The notes beneath the pieces are model-generated. The model ran no database searches. It was given only the letters and a program-made list of their open reading frames with translations, and had not been told where the DNA came from. A program made the position numbers and the translations under genes. Positions 28,458 to 39,026 of a DNA stretch of 64,000 nt are shown here, piece after piece. Source of the stretch: an uncultured Candidatus Rokubacteria bacterium (GTDB lineage Bacteria; Methylomirabilota; Methylomirabilia; Rokubacteriales; CSP1-6). The stretch spans positions 18,513 to 82,512 of the forward strand of contig CAVVEU010000011.1 of assembly GCA_963747235.1 (NCBI GenBank). The letters run 5' to 3'. The first letter of the stretch is position 1. The number at the start of each line of letters is the position of its first letter.

Positions 28458-29589
28458 ATGCATGTCGGGATGGCCGCCGTCTTCCAGAACCCGGGCCAAG
28501 CGCGGACCGATCGTGACGTTTATGTGAACGAGCTGCGCCTGGCCGAGCTGGCCGAGCCGCTCGGGTTCGAATCGGTGTGGGGCGTGGAGCACCACTTCAC
28601 GGACTACACCATGTGCCCCGACGTCCTGCAGTTCCTCTCCTACATGGCCGGCCGCACCCGCACCATCCAGCTCGGCTCCATGGTCGTCGTGCTGCCCGTG
28701 GCACGACCCGATGCGCGTGGCCGAGGAAGTGTCCATGCTCGACAATCTCTCGGGCGGCCGCTTGATCCTCGGAATGGGGCGCGGAGCGGGCAAGGTGGAG
28801 TTCGACGGCTTCCGCCTGTCTATGGACGAATCGCGCCCGCGCTTCGTGGAGTGCGCGGAGATGCTGCTGCGCGGCCTGGAGCAGGGCTACTGCGAGTACG
28901 ACGGCGCCTTCGTCAAGCAGCCGCGCGCCGCGATCCGGCCCGCGCCGTTCAAGTCCTTCCGCGGACGCACCTACGCGGCGGCGGTCTCCCCCGAATCGGT
29001 GCGCATCATGGCCGAGCTGGGCGTCGGCATCCTGATCATCCCCCAGAAGCCGTGGAAGGAAGTGGCGCGCGAGCTCGAGGCCTATCGCGAGGTGTACCGC
29101 CAGGTGAACGGGGTGGACGCGCCCGCGCCGATCTCGGCGGGCTGGACCTTCTGCGATCCGAGCTCGGCCCGCGCCGAGGAGATGGCGCGCCGCTACATCG
29201 GCGGCTACTACCAGACCGTGCTCGACCATTACCAGTTCCAGGGCGATCACCTCGCCCACACCAAGGGCTACGAGTACTACGGCAAGATGGCGGAGAAGAT
29301 CCACCAGTACGGCACCGACACCGTCATCGACTACTTCATGAATCTCCAGGTGTGGGGTACGCCCGAGCAGTGCCACGAGAAGATCCTGGACATCCACGCG
29401 CGCACCGGCAACAGCCACTACGTGGGCGTGTTCGGCTACGCGGGCATGCCCTATGACGAGGCGGAGCGCAACCTGCGCTACTTCGCGAAGGAAGTGATGC
29501 CGCAGCTCCAGAAGCTCGACACCACCGCGGTCCCGGCCGGGCGCGCCCGAGCCGCCGAGAAGCCCGGCGTCGGCCTCCTAGGCTCCTGA
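28458..29589 (+). CDS. LLM class flavin-dependent oxidoreductase (frameshift near 28697)
   Basis: GFESVWGVEHHF, LDNLSGGRLILGMGRG and FAKEVMP motifs. Confidence 0.9.
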
Positions 29590-29595
29590 GCATCA

Positions 29596-29663
29596 CCCTC
29601 TCCCCAAGGGGGAGAGGGCAGGGTGAGGGGGCCGAGTGGTGAGGGGGCCGAGCGGTGAGGGGG
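29596..29663. repeat. REP-like palindrome, copy 4, with a 16-bp tandem extension
   Basis: CCCTCTCCCC-AAG-GGGGAGAGGGCAGGGTGAGGGGG; the unit GGTGAGGGGGCCGAGY occurs twice plus a partial third. Confidence 0.75.
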
Positions 29664-29665
29664 TC

Positions 29666-30405
29666 CTACGCCATCGAGCCGCCGTCGACGGGGTAGATCG
29701 CGCCGGTGATGTAGACGGCGTCGGCGCTGCACAGGAAGGTCACCAGCGCCGCCACCTCGTCGGGCGTGCCGTACCGCTTCAGCGGGATCACCCCCGCCAT
29801 CCGATCGTGGAAGGCGGCCGGGTTCCCGGGATTGGTGCCCTCCTCGAGCTGCCGCACCATGTCGGTCTGGATCGGGCTCGGGCAGACCGCGTTGACCCGG
29901 ATATGGTCGGGCGCCAGCTCGAGCGCGGTGCTGCGGGTGATGCCGACCACCGCGTGCTTGCTGGCGGTGTAGGCCACCAGGTTGCGCGAGCCGCGCAGGC
30001 CCGCGATGGACGCGGTGTTGACGATGACGCCGCCGCCCCGCGCGCGGAGCAGCGGCGCCACCGTCTTGATGCCAAGCCAGACGCCCTTGACGTTGATCGC
30101 GAGCACCCGGTCGAAAACGTCCTCCGGATAGTTCACCAGGGGGCTCACCGCGCCCAGGATGCCCGCGTTGTTGAAGAAGCAGTCGATGCCGCCGAAGCGC
30201 TCGGCGACCGCCGCGGCGTAGCGGGCCACGTCGGCGGCCCGCCTTCTCGACCGCGGCCAGGGACTCGCGCAGGCCTTCGCGCGAGACGTCCACCAGCCCG
30301 ACCCGCGCGCCCTCCGCGGCGAAGCGCACCGCGGCGGCGCGCCCGATGCCCCCGGCCGCGCCGGTGATCAGCGCGACCTTTCCCTCGAAGCGGGGCGGCG
30401 GCCAC
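29666..30405 (-). CDS. SDR family oxidoreductase (frameshift or short deletion near 30240)
   Basis: GKVALITGAAGGIG, FNNAGI, YTASKH and PVDGG motifs. Confidence 0.85.
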
Positions 30406-30412
30406 GTGATCC

Positions 30413-30761
30413 TCAGATCGCGGCGACGACCATGATCTCGACCACGTACTTCGGCGAGGCCAGCCGCGCCTCCACGGTGGCGCGGGCCGGCGTGTTGGCC
30501 GGATCCACCCAGGCGTCCCAGGCCGCGTTCATGTCGTTGTAGAGCGCCCATGCTGGCCACGTAGATGGTGGCGGAGAGCAGCTTGGACTTGTGGCTGCCC
30601 GTCGCGGCCAGGAGGTCGTCGATCTTCTTCAAGATCTGCTCCGTCTGGCCCTTGGCGTCGGCCGACGGATCGCCGGCCACGAGGCCGGCCAGGTAGACGG
30701 TGTTGCCGTGGACGACGGCCTGACTCAGTCGGGGTCCCACGCCGTGACGCTTGACGCTCAT
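30413..30761 (-). CDS. RidA/YjgF family protein (YoaB-like; frameshift near 30550)
   Basis: [32 protein letters not shown] and VEIMVVAA motifs. Confidence 0.88.
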
Positions 30762-30841
30762 CGCGCTCTCCTTGTCGTTGAGGGTGGCTTGGCTGAATAC
30801 GGTCGGGCGGCGTATGATTCTGTCACAATTCGAACGGCGCG

Positions 30842-31231
30842 ATGGATTTTCTCACCTGGAAAGGACGGCCGGTGGACATCCGCAGGGCGGTGGGCATGGC
30901 GGGGCTGGCGCTGCTCCTCTTCGCGTGCGAGCGCGAGGAGAAGATGGTGCGCGAGGACCTACCGATGGCCCGCACCACCAAGGCCCGCAGCGACGCGCAG
31001 GCCATCGCGACCGCGGTCAACACCTATCGCGCGAGCTGCGGCGGGACGCTGCCCGAGTCGCTGGAGGCGCTGACCACCCAGACCACCGTGAGTGGCGCGC
31101 CCTGCGGCCCGATGCTCGGCTCGATCCCGACCCCGCCGCCCGGCTGGTCCGCGTACGTCTACGCGCGCCAGGGCGACACGTCGTTCACCGTGACCTCGAG
31201 CAGCGGCACGCAGACCGTCTCGGCGCCATAG
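30842..31231 (+). CDS. Putative lipoprotein with a GspG/pilin-like domain
   Basis: LALLLFA|C lipobox, then ARTTKARSDAQAIATAVNTY....LPESLEAL, resembling a pilin helix; Cys pair. Confidence 0.6.
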   Translation: MDFLTWKGRPVDIRRAVGMAGLALLLFACEREEKMVREDLPMARTTKARSDAQAIATAVNTYRASCGGTLPESLEALTTQTTVSGAPCGPMLGSIPTPPPGWSAYVYARQGDTSFTVTSSSGTQTVSAP

Positions 31232-31237
31232 CCCTCC

Positions 31238-32053
31238 ATGTTCCCCGTGACCCGACGACACGTCCTGGCCGGGAGCGCCGCCGCGCTCGTGGCCGCGCTC
31301 CACCGGGTGCCGCGGGGCGCCGCCCAGGCCGTCTCGGCCGGCCCGCCGGCCGCCCAGCTCATCGAGGATCTCGTCGCGGCCAACCGCATCCTGGCGGACC
31401 AGGGGGTCCTCGACGGCTACGGGCACGTGAGCGCGCGGCACGATCGCGACCCCGCGCGCTTCCTCATGTCGCGCTCGCTCGCGCCCGAGCTGGTGACCGC
31501 CGCCGACATCATGGAGTACGACCAGGACAGCGAGCCGGTCGATCCCCGCGGGCGCCCGAGCTACCTGGAGCGCTTCATCCACGGCGAGATCTACCGGGCG
31601 CGGCCCGACGTGCAGGCGATCGTGCACAGCCACTCGCCGTCGGTGATTCCATTCGGGGTCACCGGGGTGCCGCTGCGGCCCCTCTTCCACATGAGCGCGT
31701 TCCTCGCCGACGGCGCCCCGGTCTGGGACATCCGCGCCGCCGCGGGGGGCGACACCGATATGCTGGTGCGCACGCGGGCCCTCGGGACCGCGCTCGCGCG
31801 GACCCTCGGCTCCCACGCGGTGGTCCTGATGCGCGGCCACGGGGCGGTCACGGTGGCGGGCGGGCTGCCCCTCGTGGTGTTCCGGAGCGTCTACACCGAG
31901 GTCAACGCGCGCCTGCAGGCGCAGGCGATGGGACTGGGCGGCGGCGTCACGTACCTGAGTCCGGAGGAAGCGAAGCGTGCCGAGGCGTCCGTCGCGGGGA
32001 CGGTCGCGCGCCCGTGGGAGCTATGGAAGCGCAAACTGAGGAGAGACCCATGA
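31238..32053 (+). CDS. Class II aldolase/adducin family protein with a Tat-like signal
   Basis: TRRHVL leader; GHVSAR, ERFIHGEIY, HSHS and LMRGHG motifs. Confidence 0.88.
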   Translation: MFPVTRRHVLAGSAAALVAALHRVPRGAAQAVSAGPPAAQLIEDLVAANRILADQGVLDGYGHVSARHDRDPARFLMSRSLAPELVTAADIMEYDQDSEPVDPRGRPSYLERFIHGEIYRARPDVQAIVHSHSPSVIPFGVTGVPLRPLFHMSAFLADGAPVWDIRAAAGGDTDMLVRTRALGTALARTLGSHAVVLMRGHGAVTVAGGLPLVVFRSVYTEVNARLQAQAMGLGGGVTYLSPEEAKRAEASVAGTVARPWELWKRKLRRDP

Positions 32054-33112
32054 CCGCGATCACCGAGCTCGAGACGCCCGCCGTGACGATCCACCTGGAC
32101 GTGATGGCGGACAATATCCGCCGCGTGCAGGCGCACCTGACCCGCCACGGTCTCGGCAATCGCCCGCACATCAAGACGCACAAGATCCCGGCCATCGGCC
32201 AGATGCAGATGGCGGCGGGCGCGGTGGGCATCACCTGCCAGAAGCTGGGGGAGGTGGAGGTCTTCGCCGACGCCAAGGTGGCCGACGACGTGCTGCTCAC
32301 CTACAACATCCTCGGCGCGGCCAAGACCGAGCGGCTGATGGCGCTCGCGCGGCGGGTGCGGCGGCTCGCGGTGGTCTTCGACAACGAGGTGGTGGCCCGC
32401 GAGCTCTCCGCGGCGGCGGCCCGCGCACCACGTGGACCTCGAGTTCCTCGTCGAGTGCGACACCGGCTTCCGGCGCACCGGCGTGCAGACGCCCGACGAG
32501 GCCTTCGCGCTGGCCCGCATCGCCCGGAAGCTCCCGGGCCTGCAGTTCAAGGGGCTGATGACCTTCCCCAATCGCGATCCCGACACCCGCGAGTTCTTCG
32601 AGCGGGCGCTCGCCCTGTTCAAGCGGGACGGCATCCCGGTGCCGGTGGTCTCGGGCGGCGGCACCCCCGCGCTCGCCACCGTGGACCGCTTCCCGATGCT
32701 GACCGAGCATCGCGCGGGCACCTGCGTCTACAACGACGCGATGGTGGTGTCGAGCGGCACCGCCACGTGGGAGCAGTGCGCGATGCGCGTGCGCGCCACC
32801 GTGGTGAGCCGCCCGACCGCCGACCGCGGTGTGCTCGACGCGGGGAGCAAGGTGCTCACCTCGGACCTCTACCACATGAAGGGCTACGGCCACGTCATGG
32901 AGTACCCGGAAGCGCACGTGGCCCATCTCTCCGAGGAGCACGCGGTGGTGGACTTCTCGCCCTGCGCGGAGCGGCCGAAGGTGGGCGAGGTGGTCAGCGT
33001 GGTGCCGAATCACTGCTGCGTGGTCACCAACATGGTGGACGAGGTCTATGGCGTGCGAGCCGGCCGGGTCGAGGTGGTGTGGCCGGTGGCCGCGCGCGGC
33101 CGGGTGCAGTGA
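32050..33112 (+). CDS. D-threonine aldolase/D-serine dehydratase-like PLP enzyme (frameshift near 32420)
   Basis: RPHIKTHK, SGGGTP, EHRAG, DAGSK, LSEEH and PNHCC motifs. Confidence 0.9.
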
Positions 33113-33119
33113 GGCCGGC

Positions 33120-34727
33120 GTGACGCGAACCGGCGCGCACCTGGTCGTCGAGGCGCTGGCCGCCGCCGGCGTCCGGCATCTCTTCTCGCTCTCGGGCAAC
33201 CAGATCCTCTCCCTCTACGACGCCAGCCTCGGCAGCGGCCTCTCGATCCTGCACACGCGGCACGAGGCGGCGGCCGTGCACATGGCGGACGCGTGGGGAC
33301 GGCTCACCGAGGAGCCGGGCGTGGCGCTGGTCACCGCCGGCCCCGGCCACTGCAACGCGATCTCCGCGCTCTACGGCGCGCTGATGGCCGAATCGCCGGT
33401 GGTGCTGCTGAGCGGGCACGCATCCACCACGCAGCTCGGGCGCGGCGCCTTCCAGGAGATGGATCAGGCCGCGGTGGCCGCGCCGGTCTGCAAGGCCTCG
33501 TGGATGGCGAAGGACGCGGCGCGCCTGGGCGAGGACATCGCGACCGCGCTGGAGCTGGCGCGGAGCGGGCGCCCCGGGCCCGTGCACGTGAGCCTGCCCG
33601 GCGATCTGCTCGAGGCGAAGGTGGGCGCGGGGGATGGCGCGCGGGCCCCGCGGCGCGAGGCGCCGGTCGCGGCCACGGCCGCGGAGGTGGAGCAGGCGCT
33701 GGCGCTGCTCGCGGCGGCGCGGCGGCCCGTCATCATGATGGGCGGCGCGATGGCGCGCGGGCCGCGGCGGGACGCGGTCGCGCGGCTCGCCGAGGCGACC
33801 GGCGTGCCCGCGCTGCCCATGGAGAGCCCGCGCGGGTTCAACGACCCGTGGCTGCACCTGGCCGCGCCATTGCTCGCGCAGGCCGACCTGCTCGTGCTCC
33901 TGGGCAAGAAGCCGGACTTCGTGGTGCGCTTCGCGCAGCCACCCGCGGTGGCCGCGGGCTGCCGCGTGATCCAGGTGGACGCCGACGCGGCCTCGCTGCG
34001 CGCGGGCGCCGCGCTCGGCATCGTCGCCGACCCGGCGGTGGTGGCCGACCAGCTCGCGGCCGCCGCGCGCGGGCGGGCGTGGGGCCATCGCGCGTGGGGC
34101 GACGAGGTCACGCGCGCGCGGGCGACGGCGCCGGCGCCGTGGGCCGAGGCGCGGCGGTCGGCGCGGACGCCGATCCACCCGCTCCGGGTCTGCGCGGCGC
34201 TCCAGCCGCATCTCGATCGCGGCGCCATCCTGGTCGCCGACGGCGGCGAGTTCGGCCAGTGGGTGCAGGCCGGGCTCGAGGCGGAGACGCGCCTGATCAA
34301 TGGGCCGGCGGGCTCCATCGGCAGCGCGATCCCGATGGCGATCGCGGCCCGGCTCCGTCATCCCGACCGCCCGGTGTTCGCGGTCCTGGGCGACGGGACG
34401 TTCGGCTTCCACGCCTTCGAGCTCGACACCGCGGCACGCTACCGGCTGCCGGTGGTCACGGTGATCGGCAACGACGCGCGCTGGAACGCGGAGCATCAGC
34501 TCCAGATCCAGCACTACGGCGCCGATCGCACCGTCGGCTGCGAGCTCGCGGCCTCGCGCTACGACCGGCTCGCGGCCGCGCTCGGCGCCCACGGCGAGCA
34601 CGTGGAGCGCGCCGAGGATCTCGAGCCCGCCCTCGATCGCGCGCTCCGCGCCGGCATCCCCGCCGTCATCAACGTCGCGATCGAAGGCCTCGCCGCCCCG
34701 ACGTACGCGGCGGGCCAATCGCACTAG
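33120..34727 (+). CDS. Thiamine pyrophosphate-binding enzyme (acetolactate synthase-like)
   Basis: [23 protein letters not shown] and GDGTFG...N motifs. Confidence 0.9.
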   Translation: MTRTGAHLVVEALAAAGVRHLFSLSGNQILSLYDASLGSGLSILHTRHEAAAVHMADAWGRLTEEPGVALVTAGPGHCNAISALYGALMAESPVVLLSGHASTTQLGRGAFQEMDQAAVAAPVCKASWMAKDAARLGEDIATALELARSGRPGPVHVSLPGDLLEAKVGAGDGARAPRREAPVAATAAEVEQALALLAAARRPVIMMGGAMARGPRRDAVARLAEATGVPALPMESPRGFNDPWLHLAAPLLAQADLLVLLGKKPDFVVRFAQPPAVAAGCRVIQVDADAASLRAGAALGIVADPAVVADQLAAAARGRAWGHRAWGDEVTRARATAPAPWAEARRSARTPIHPLRVCAALQPHLDRGAILVADGGEFGQWVQAGLEAETRLINGPAGSIGSAIPMAIAARLRHPDRPVFAVLGDGTFGFHAFELDTAARYRLPVVTVIGNDARWNAEHQLQIQHYGADRTVGCELAASRYDRLAAALGAHGEHVERAEDLEPALDRALRAGIPAVINVAIEGLAAPTYAAGQSH

Positions 34728-35383
34728 ATGGTGATGCGGCGGCGGGCAGTGGCGCGCTCCCACTTGCGGGCGTGGTCCTCGTCGAAGAGGAGCGCCTCGT
34801 CGGCGGGCACCGTGATCCAGGCGCCCCGCTCGATCTCGCCCTCGAGCTGGCCCGGCGCCCAGCCCGCGTAGCCCACCGCGAAGAGGGACTTGCGCGGCCC
34901 CGCGCCGCGGGCGATGTCGCTCAGCGCGGTGAGCACCCCCGGCGTGGGCGTCATCGCGATGTCGTCCGCGATCCGCGAAGTGCCCTGCGTGGCGTACTCC
35001 GCGGTGTGCAGCAGAAAGCCCTGCCCGATCTCGACCGGCCCGCCGTAGTGCGCGCGCACGCTGCCGGTGACGCCGCGGTCGTCGAGGCCGAACTTCCGGA
35101 GCAGGGGCCCGAGGGGCATGTCGCGCACCGGGCGGTTGACGACGAGGCCCATCGCGCCGCTCGCGTCGTGCCGGACGATATAGATGACGGTGCGCGCGAA
35201 GCGCGGATCGCGCAGCGTCTCGGTGGCGACCAGGAACTGCCCGGCGAGGCCCGGGCCGGTCTGCGCGAGCGCGCGCGGAGCAGGGGCCGCGGCCGGGCTC
35301 GACGGCGCGGCGGTCGCCCACGCGAGCCCGGCCAGCGCGCCGAGCACGACACCGGCGCGCCTCAGCAGACGAGCGGGAGGCAT
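34724..35383 (-). CDS. YqgE/AlgH family protein with an N-terminal signal-like extension
   Basis: FLVAT..LRDPRFARTVI, GLVVNRP, GGPV and GYAGWAPGQLEGEI motifs. Confidence 0.88.
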   Translation of the reverse strand: MPPARLLRRAGVVLGALAGLAWATAAPSSPAAAPAPRALAQTGPGLAGQFLVATETLRDPRFARTVIYIVRHDASGAMGLVVNRPVRDMPLGPLLRKFGLDDRGVTGSVRAHYGGPVEIGQGFLLHTAEYATQGTSRIADDIAMTPTPGVLTALSDIARGAGPRKSLFAVGYAGWAPGQLEGEIERGAWITVPADEALLFDEDHARKWERATARRRITI

Positions 35384-35398
35384 GGCACAGTATAGCGA

Positions 35399-36649
35399 AT
35401 GGCCCCTCCCGCCGGGCTGCGCGCCCTCGGCCACCGGGACTTCCGCCTGTTCTGGTGCGGGCAGCTCGTCTCGCTCATCGGCACGTGGATGCAGAGCGTC
35501 GGGCAATCCTGGCTCGTGCTCGAGCTGACGAACTCGCCGTTCCGCCTCGGCCTGATCGGCGCGCTCCAGTTCGGCCCCATCCTGCTCTTCTCGTTCCTCT
35601 CCGGGGCGATCAGCGATCGGGTGCGCAAGCGGCGGCTGCTCCTCGGCACGCAGACCGCGCTCATGCTGCAGGCCTTCACGCTGGCCGCCCTGGTCTGGAG
35701 CGGCCACGTGCAGTTCTGGCACGTGGCGGTGCTGGCCGCGCTGTACGGCCTCGCCACCACGCTCGACATGCCGTCGCGCCAGGCCTACGTCGCCCACCTG
35801 GTGCCCCGCGGCGATCTGATGAACGCGATCGCGCTGAACTCGGCGGTGTTCAACGGCGCCCGCGTGGTCGGCCCCGCGGTGTCGGGCCTGCTGGTGGCGC
35901 GCTACGGCACCGCGGCCGCCTTCCTGATGAACGGGGCGAGCTTCATCGCGGTGATTGCGGCGCTCGCGGCCATCCGCACCGAGGGTGCGCCCAGCCCACG
36001 CCGCGGGATCGGCCTCCGGGCCGAGATCGCGGAAGGCGTGTGGTATGCGGCGGGTACGCCCCGCGTCGCGCTCGTGATGAGCCTGCTCGTGGCGGTGGGC
36101 CTCTTCGTGGTCAACATGAACGTCCTCGTGCCCCTGATCGCCCGCGACGTGCTGCACGAGGGCGCGCACGGCTTCGGCCTGTTGATGGCCTCGCTCGGCC
36201 TGGGCGCGGTGGCGGGCTCGCTCGCGGTGGCGGTCCTGTCCGTCAGGCGCCCGCCGCTCGGCATGGTGGTGGGCCCGGCGGTGGCCGCGGCGTCGCTGCT
36301 GCTCCTGCTCTCCGCCGCGCGCCAGTTCGGCGCGACCGCCGCGGTGCTGGCGCTGCTCGGCTTCGCACAGATCGTTTTCATGACGAGCTGCAATACCACC
36401 GTGCAGATCGCGGTGCCCGACGAGCTGCGGGGCCGTGTGATGGGCCTCTACGCCCTCGTCTTCGCGGGGATGACGCCGATCGGGGCGCTGATCATGGGCA
36501 CGGTGGCCGAGCAATGGGGTGTCTCCCGCGCCTGCGCGGTGGGTGGTGGCGCGGGGCTCGTGCTGGTCCTGGCGCTCACTGGCGCGTGGCGCCGCTGGTA
36601 TCCCGCGCCCGCCGCGCCGCCGCCGTCGTCAACTCCCGCGGCGCCCTGA
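35399..36649 (+). CDS. MFS transporter
   Basis: DFRLFWCGQLVSLIGTWMQ, NAIALNS and LRGRVMG motifs; multiple TM segments. Confidence 0.9.
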   Translation: MAPPAGLRALGHRDFRLFWCGQLVSLIGTWMQSVGQSWLVLELTNSPFRLGLIGALQFGPILLFSFLSGAISDRVRKRRLLLGTQTALMLQAFTLAALVWSGHVQFWHVAVLAALYGLATTLDMPSRQAYVAHLVPRGDLMNAIALNSAVFNGARVVGPAVSGLLVARYGTAAAFLMNGASFIAVIAALAAIRTEGAPSPRRGIGLRAEIAEGVWYAAGTPRVALVMSLLVAVGLFVVNMNVLVPLIARDVLHEGAHGFGLLMASLGLGAVAGSLAVAVLSVRRPPLGMVVGPAVAAASLLLLLSAARQFGATAAVLALLGFAQIVFMTSCNTTVQIAVPDELRGRVMGLYALVFAGMTPIGALIMGTVAEQWGVSRACAVGGGAGLVLVLALTGAWRRWYPAPAAPPPSSTPAAP

Positions 36650-36696
36650 CCGGCCGGTCGTGCCATAATCCGGACTCGTTCTCCATGGACTCTTCG

Positions 36697-37785
36697 ATGG
36701 ACGCTCAACGCGGCGCGCGCCCGACCCCCGACGTCACCTCGACCGCCGACACCGTGCCGGTGCGCGAGACGCACCGCTTCGACGTGGTCGCGCTCGAGCG
36801 GTACATGATGGAGCACGTGCTGGGCTTCAAGGGCCCGGTCACGGTGAGCCAGTTCCAGGGCGGGCAGTCCAACCCGACCTACCGCCTGAGCTCGCCGGGC
36901 GGCGAGTACGTGCTACGCCGCAAGCCGCCCGGCAAGCTCCTGCCCTCCGCCCACGCGGTGGAGCGCGAGTACCGCATCATCACCGCGCTGGCGCGCACCC
37001 CGGTCCCGGTGCCGCGCACCTACGCCCTCTGCGAGGACGAGGCGGTGATCGGCACCGCGTTCTTCATCATGGAGTGGGTGTCGGGGCGGGTCATGGCCGA
37101 CCCGCTGCTGCCCGGCCTGAGCCCGGGCGATCGCGGGCGCATCTACAACTCGATGAACGACGTGCTCGCGCGGCTGCATCTGGTGGACCTCAAGGCCACC
37201 GGGCTCACCGACTACGGCCGTCCCGGCAGCTACTTCGCCCGCCAGATCCATCGCTGGACGACGCAGTATCGCGCCTCGGCGACGGAGCGCATCGAGGCCA
37301 TGGAGAGCCTGATCGCCTGGCTGCCCGAGCACGTGCCCGCGGAGGAGCAGCCCACGATCGTCCACGGGGATTTCCGGCCCGGCAATCTGATCCTCCACCC
37401 GACGGAGCCCCGGGTGGTGGCGGTGCTCGACTGGGAGCTGTCCACGCTCGGCAGCCCGCTGGCGGACCTGGCATACAACTGCATGCCGTACCGGCTCGCC
37501 CCCAGCACCCTGGGCGGCGTGCTCGGCGCCAACCTGGCCGAGCTGGGCCTGCCGACCGAGGCGGACTACCTGGAGGCCTACTGCCGGCGCACCGGCCGCA
37601 CGAGCATTCCCGACTGGGAGTTCTACCTGGCCTTCGCGATGTTCCGCCTGGCCGCCATCGCCCAGGGCATCATGGGCCGCGTGATCGCGGGCACCGCCAA
37701 CGATCCCAACGCGCGCTCACGGGGGGAGCGGGCCAGGCCCCTGGCCGAGGCCGGCTGGGAGACGGTCAGTCAGGCTGCTGGCTGA
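36697..37785 (+). CDS. Phosphotransferase (APH family, ACAD10/11-like)
   Basis: GGQSNPTY, SAHAVERE, HGDFRPGN and LDWELST motifs. Confidence 0.9.
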   Translation: MDAQRGARPTPDVTSTADTVPVRETHRFDVVALERYMMEHVLGFKGPVTVSQFQGGQSNPTYRLSSPGGEYVLRRKPPGKLLPSAHAVEREYRIITALARTPVPVPRTYALCEDEAVIGTAFFIMEWVSGRVMADPLLPGLSPGDRGRIYNSMNDVLARLHLVDLKATGLTDYGRPGSYFARQIHRWTTQYRASATERIEAMESLIAWLPEHVPAEEQPTIVHGDFRPGNLILHPTEPRVVAVLDWELSTLGSPLADLAYNCMPYRLAPSTLGGVLGANLAELGLPTEADYLEAYCRRTGRTSIPDWEFYLAFAMFRLAAIAQGIMGRVIAGTANDPNARSRGERARPLAEAGWETVSQAAG

Positions 37786-38449
37786 ACCCGACCCGCCCCA
37801 CGATCGGCAGCTTCAGCGCCGGACGCTTGACGTCCACCCCGAAGGTCAGGCTCAGCAGATTCAGCTCGACCCCCTCTTCCACGCCCGCTAGCACCCCCAG
37901 CAGCCCGAAGAACGAGACCTGCACCCCGGTGCCGCTCGGGCTCATGGCCACCGGCCCGCCGCCCGGGATGAAGTCCTTGCCGATGGCGGTGGCGGGCAGG
38001 TCGAGCCGGAGCTCCGGCACGGCCCGCCCCAGATAGGCGATGAAGGTATTGCTGTTGGGCCCCGGCCACGTGCGGTAGCTGGTCGGGTAGGGATAGGCCT
38101 CGACCGCGGCCTGGATGCGCGTGATCAGGAGGTCCACGCCCTCGCCCCGCCGGTCCACCAGGCGCTCGGGCCGGCTCCCGAACCAGTAGTTGTCCGGCCC
38201 GCTCCGGTTCACCCGCACCGCCGGCGCCCCATTGCCGACGCCCCAGCCCATGACCTCGTAGCGGGTATAGGCGGGCGCACCGGTCGGCTTGACCGCGATC
38301 CAGCTATGGACGGCCATCACGCCCCGCCACCCCACCGTCCGGGCGGCGTAGACCTGGACGACGGCGTCCCGAGTGTCGGCGGGATCCGGAGCCTGCCCGG
38401 AGGAATCGCGTCGCAGCTCCCACCAGCTCTGGCCGGCCCGCTCGAACAC
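37766..38449 (-). CDS. DUF3750 domain protein (true start probably further upstream; putative lipoprotein)
   Basis: VQVYAART, HSWIAVK, YRTWPGPNSNTF and IGKD motifs; in-frame LLLAGGC upstream. Confidence 0.82.
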   Translation of the reverse strand: MFERAGQSWWELRRDSSGQAPDPADTRDAVVQVYAARTVGWRGVMAVHSWIAVKPTGAPAYTRYEVMGWGVGNGAPAVRVNRSGPDNYWFGSRPERLVDRRGEGVDLLITRIQAAVEAYPYPTSYRTWPGPNSNTFIAYLGRAVPELRLDLPATAIGKDFIPGGGPVAMSPSGTGVQVSFFGLLGVLAGVEEGVELNLLSLTFGVDVKRPALKLPIVGRVGFSQQPD

Positions 38450-38511
38450 CGCGCAACCCCCGGCCAGCAGCAGGACGAGGGCCCCGAGCGCGGCCCCCCA
38501 GGCCAGGCGGG

Positions 38512-38709
38512 CTACCGCGTGTAGCGGAAAGGAGCCCAGCCCATCCCCTCGACCGGCTTCGGGGTGTAGGGGGCGGGGCGGGGAGCCGCGGGGACGGCCT
38601 TCGCGACGGTGGTCTTCGCGGGTGCCTTCGCGGCCGGCTTCTTGGCCGGCTTGGTCTTGGTTCGGGCGGCCGACGTCTTGCTCTTCTTGGAACCGCTCTT
38701 GCTTTTCAT
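38512..38709 (-). CDS. Small basic Lys/Ala-rich protein
   Basis: Histone-H1-like low-complexity region ending YTPKPVEGMGWAPFRY. Confidence 0.6.
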   Translation of the reverse strand: MKSKSGSKKSKTSAARTKTKPAKKPAAKAPAKTTVAKAVPAAPRPAPYTPKPVEGMGWAPFRYTR

Positions 38710-38719
38710 GCGGCTGAAT

Positions 38720-38983
38720 CTACATCAACACTCTCGTCGCGGTCAATCGGCCCGCTCCGCGGGCGCGCGCGTGCCGCGCGCCGCGCCGGCGCCACCACGC
38801 CATGAGCCCGGTGACGAGCAGCGCGCCCGGCGCGACGCCCGAAATCAGCGCCGCGAGCCGTCCGGGCATGCCGAGCGCCTCGCCGCGCCAGCGAGCGATC
38901 CGCACGGTGGAGTCGCCGAAGACGCGCTGCACGTCGCCCGCGCGTGGGACGGAGCGCAGGTGCTCCGGCGGGGTCAAGGCCAT
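38720..38983 (-). pseudogene. Probable remnant of a PepSY-associated TM protein
   Basis: GEALGMPGRLAALISG...LLVTGLMAWWRRR matches the final TM segment of PepSY-TM proteins; the rest is missing. Confidence 0.5.
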
Positions 38984-39026
38984 CCGCGGCGGCGGGCGTA
39001 CACTCGGTTGCTGAAAGGAGCACCTC

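Noticed and set aside
29622-29663. Short direct repeats as a possible mini-CRISPR
   Set aside because: 16-bp contiguous units with no unique spacers and no cas genes; part of the REP-like element
35383-35396. TGGCAC...TAGC as a sigma54 promoter
   Set aside because: GG-to-GC spacing is one base short, and the site is explained by divergent -10 elements
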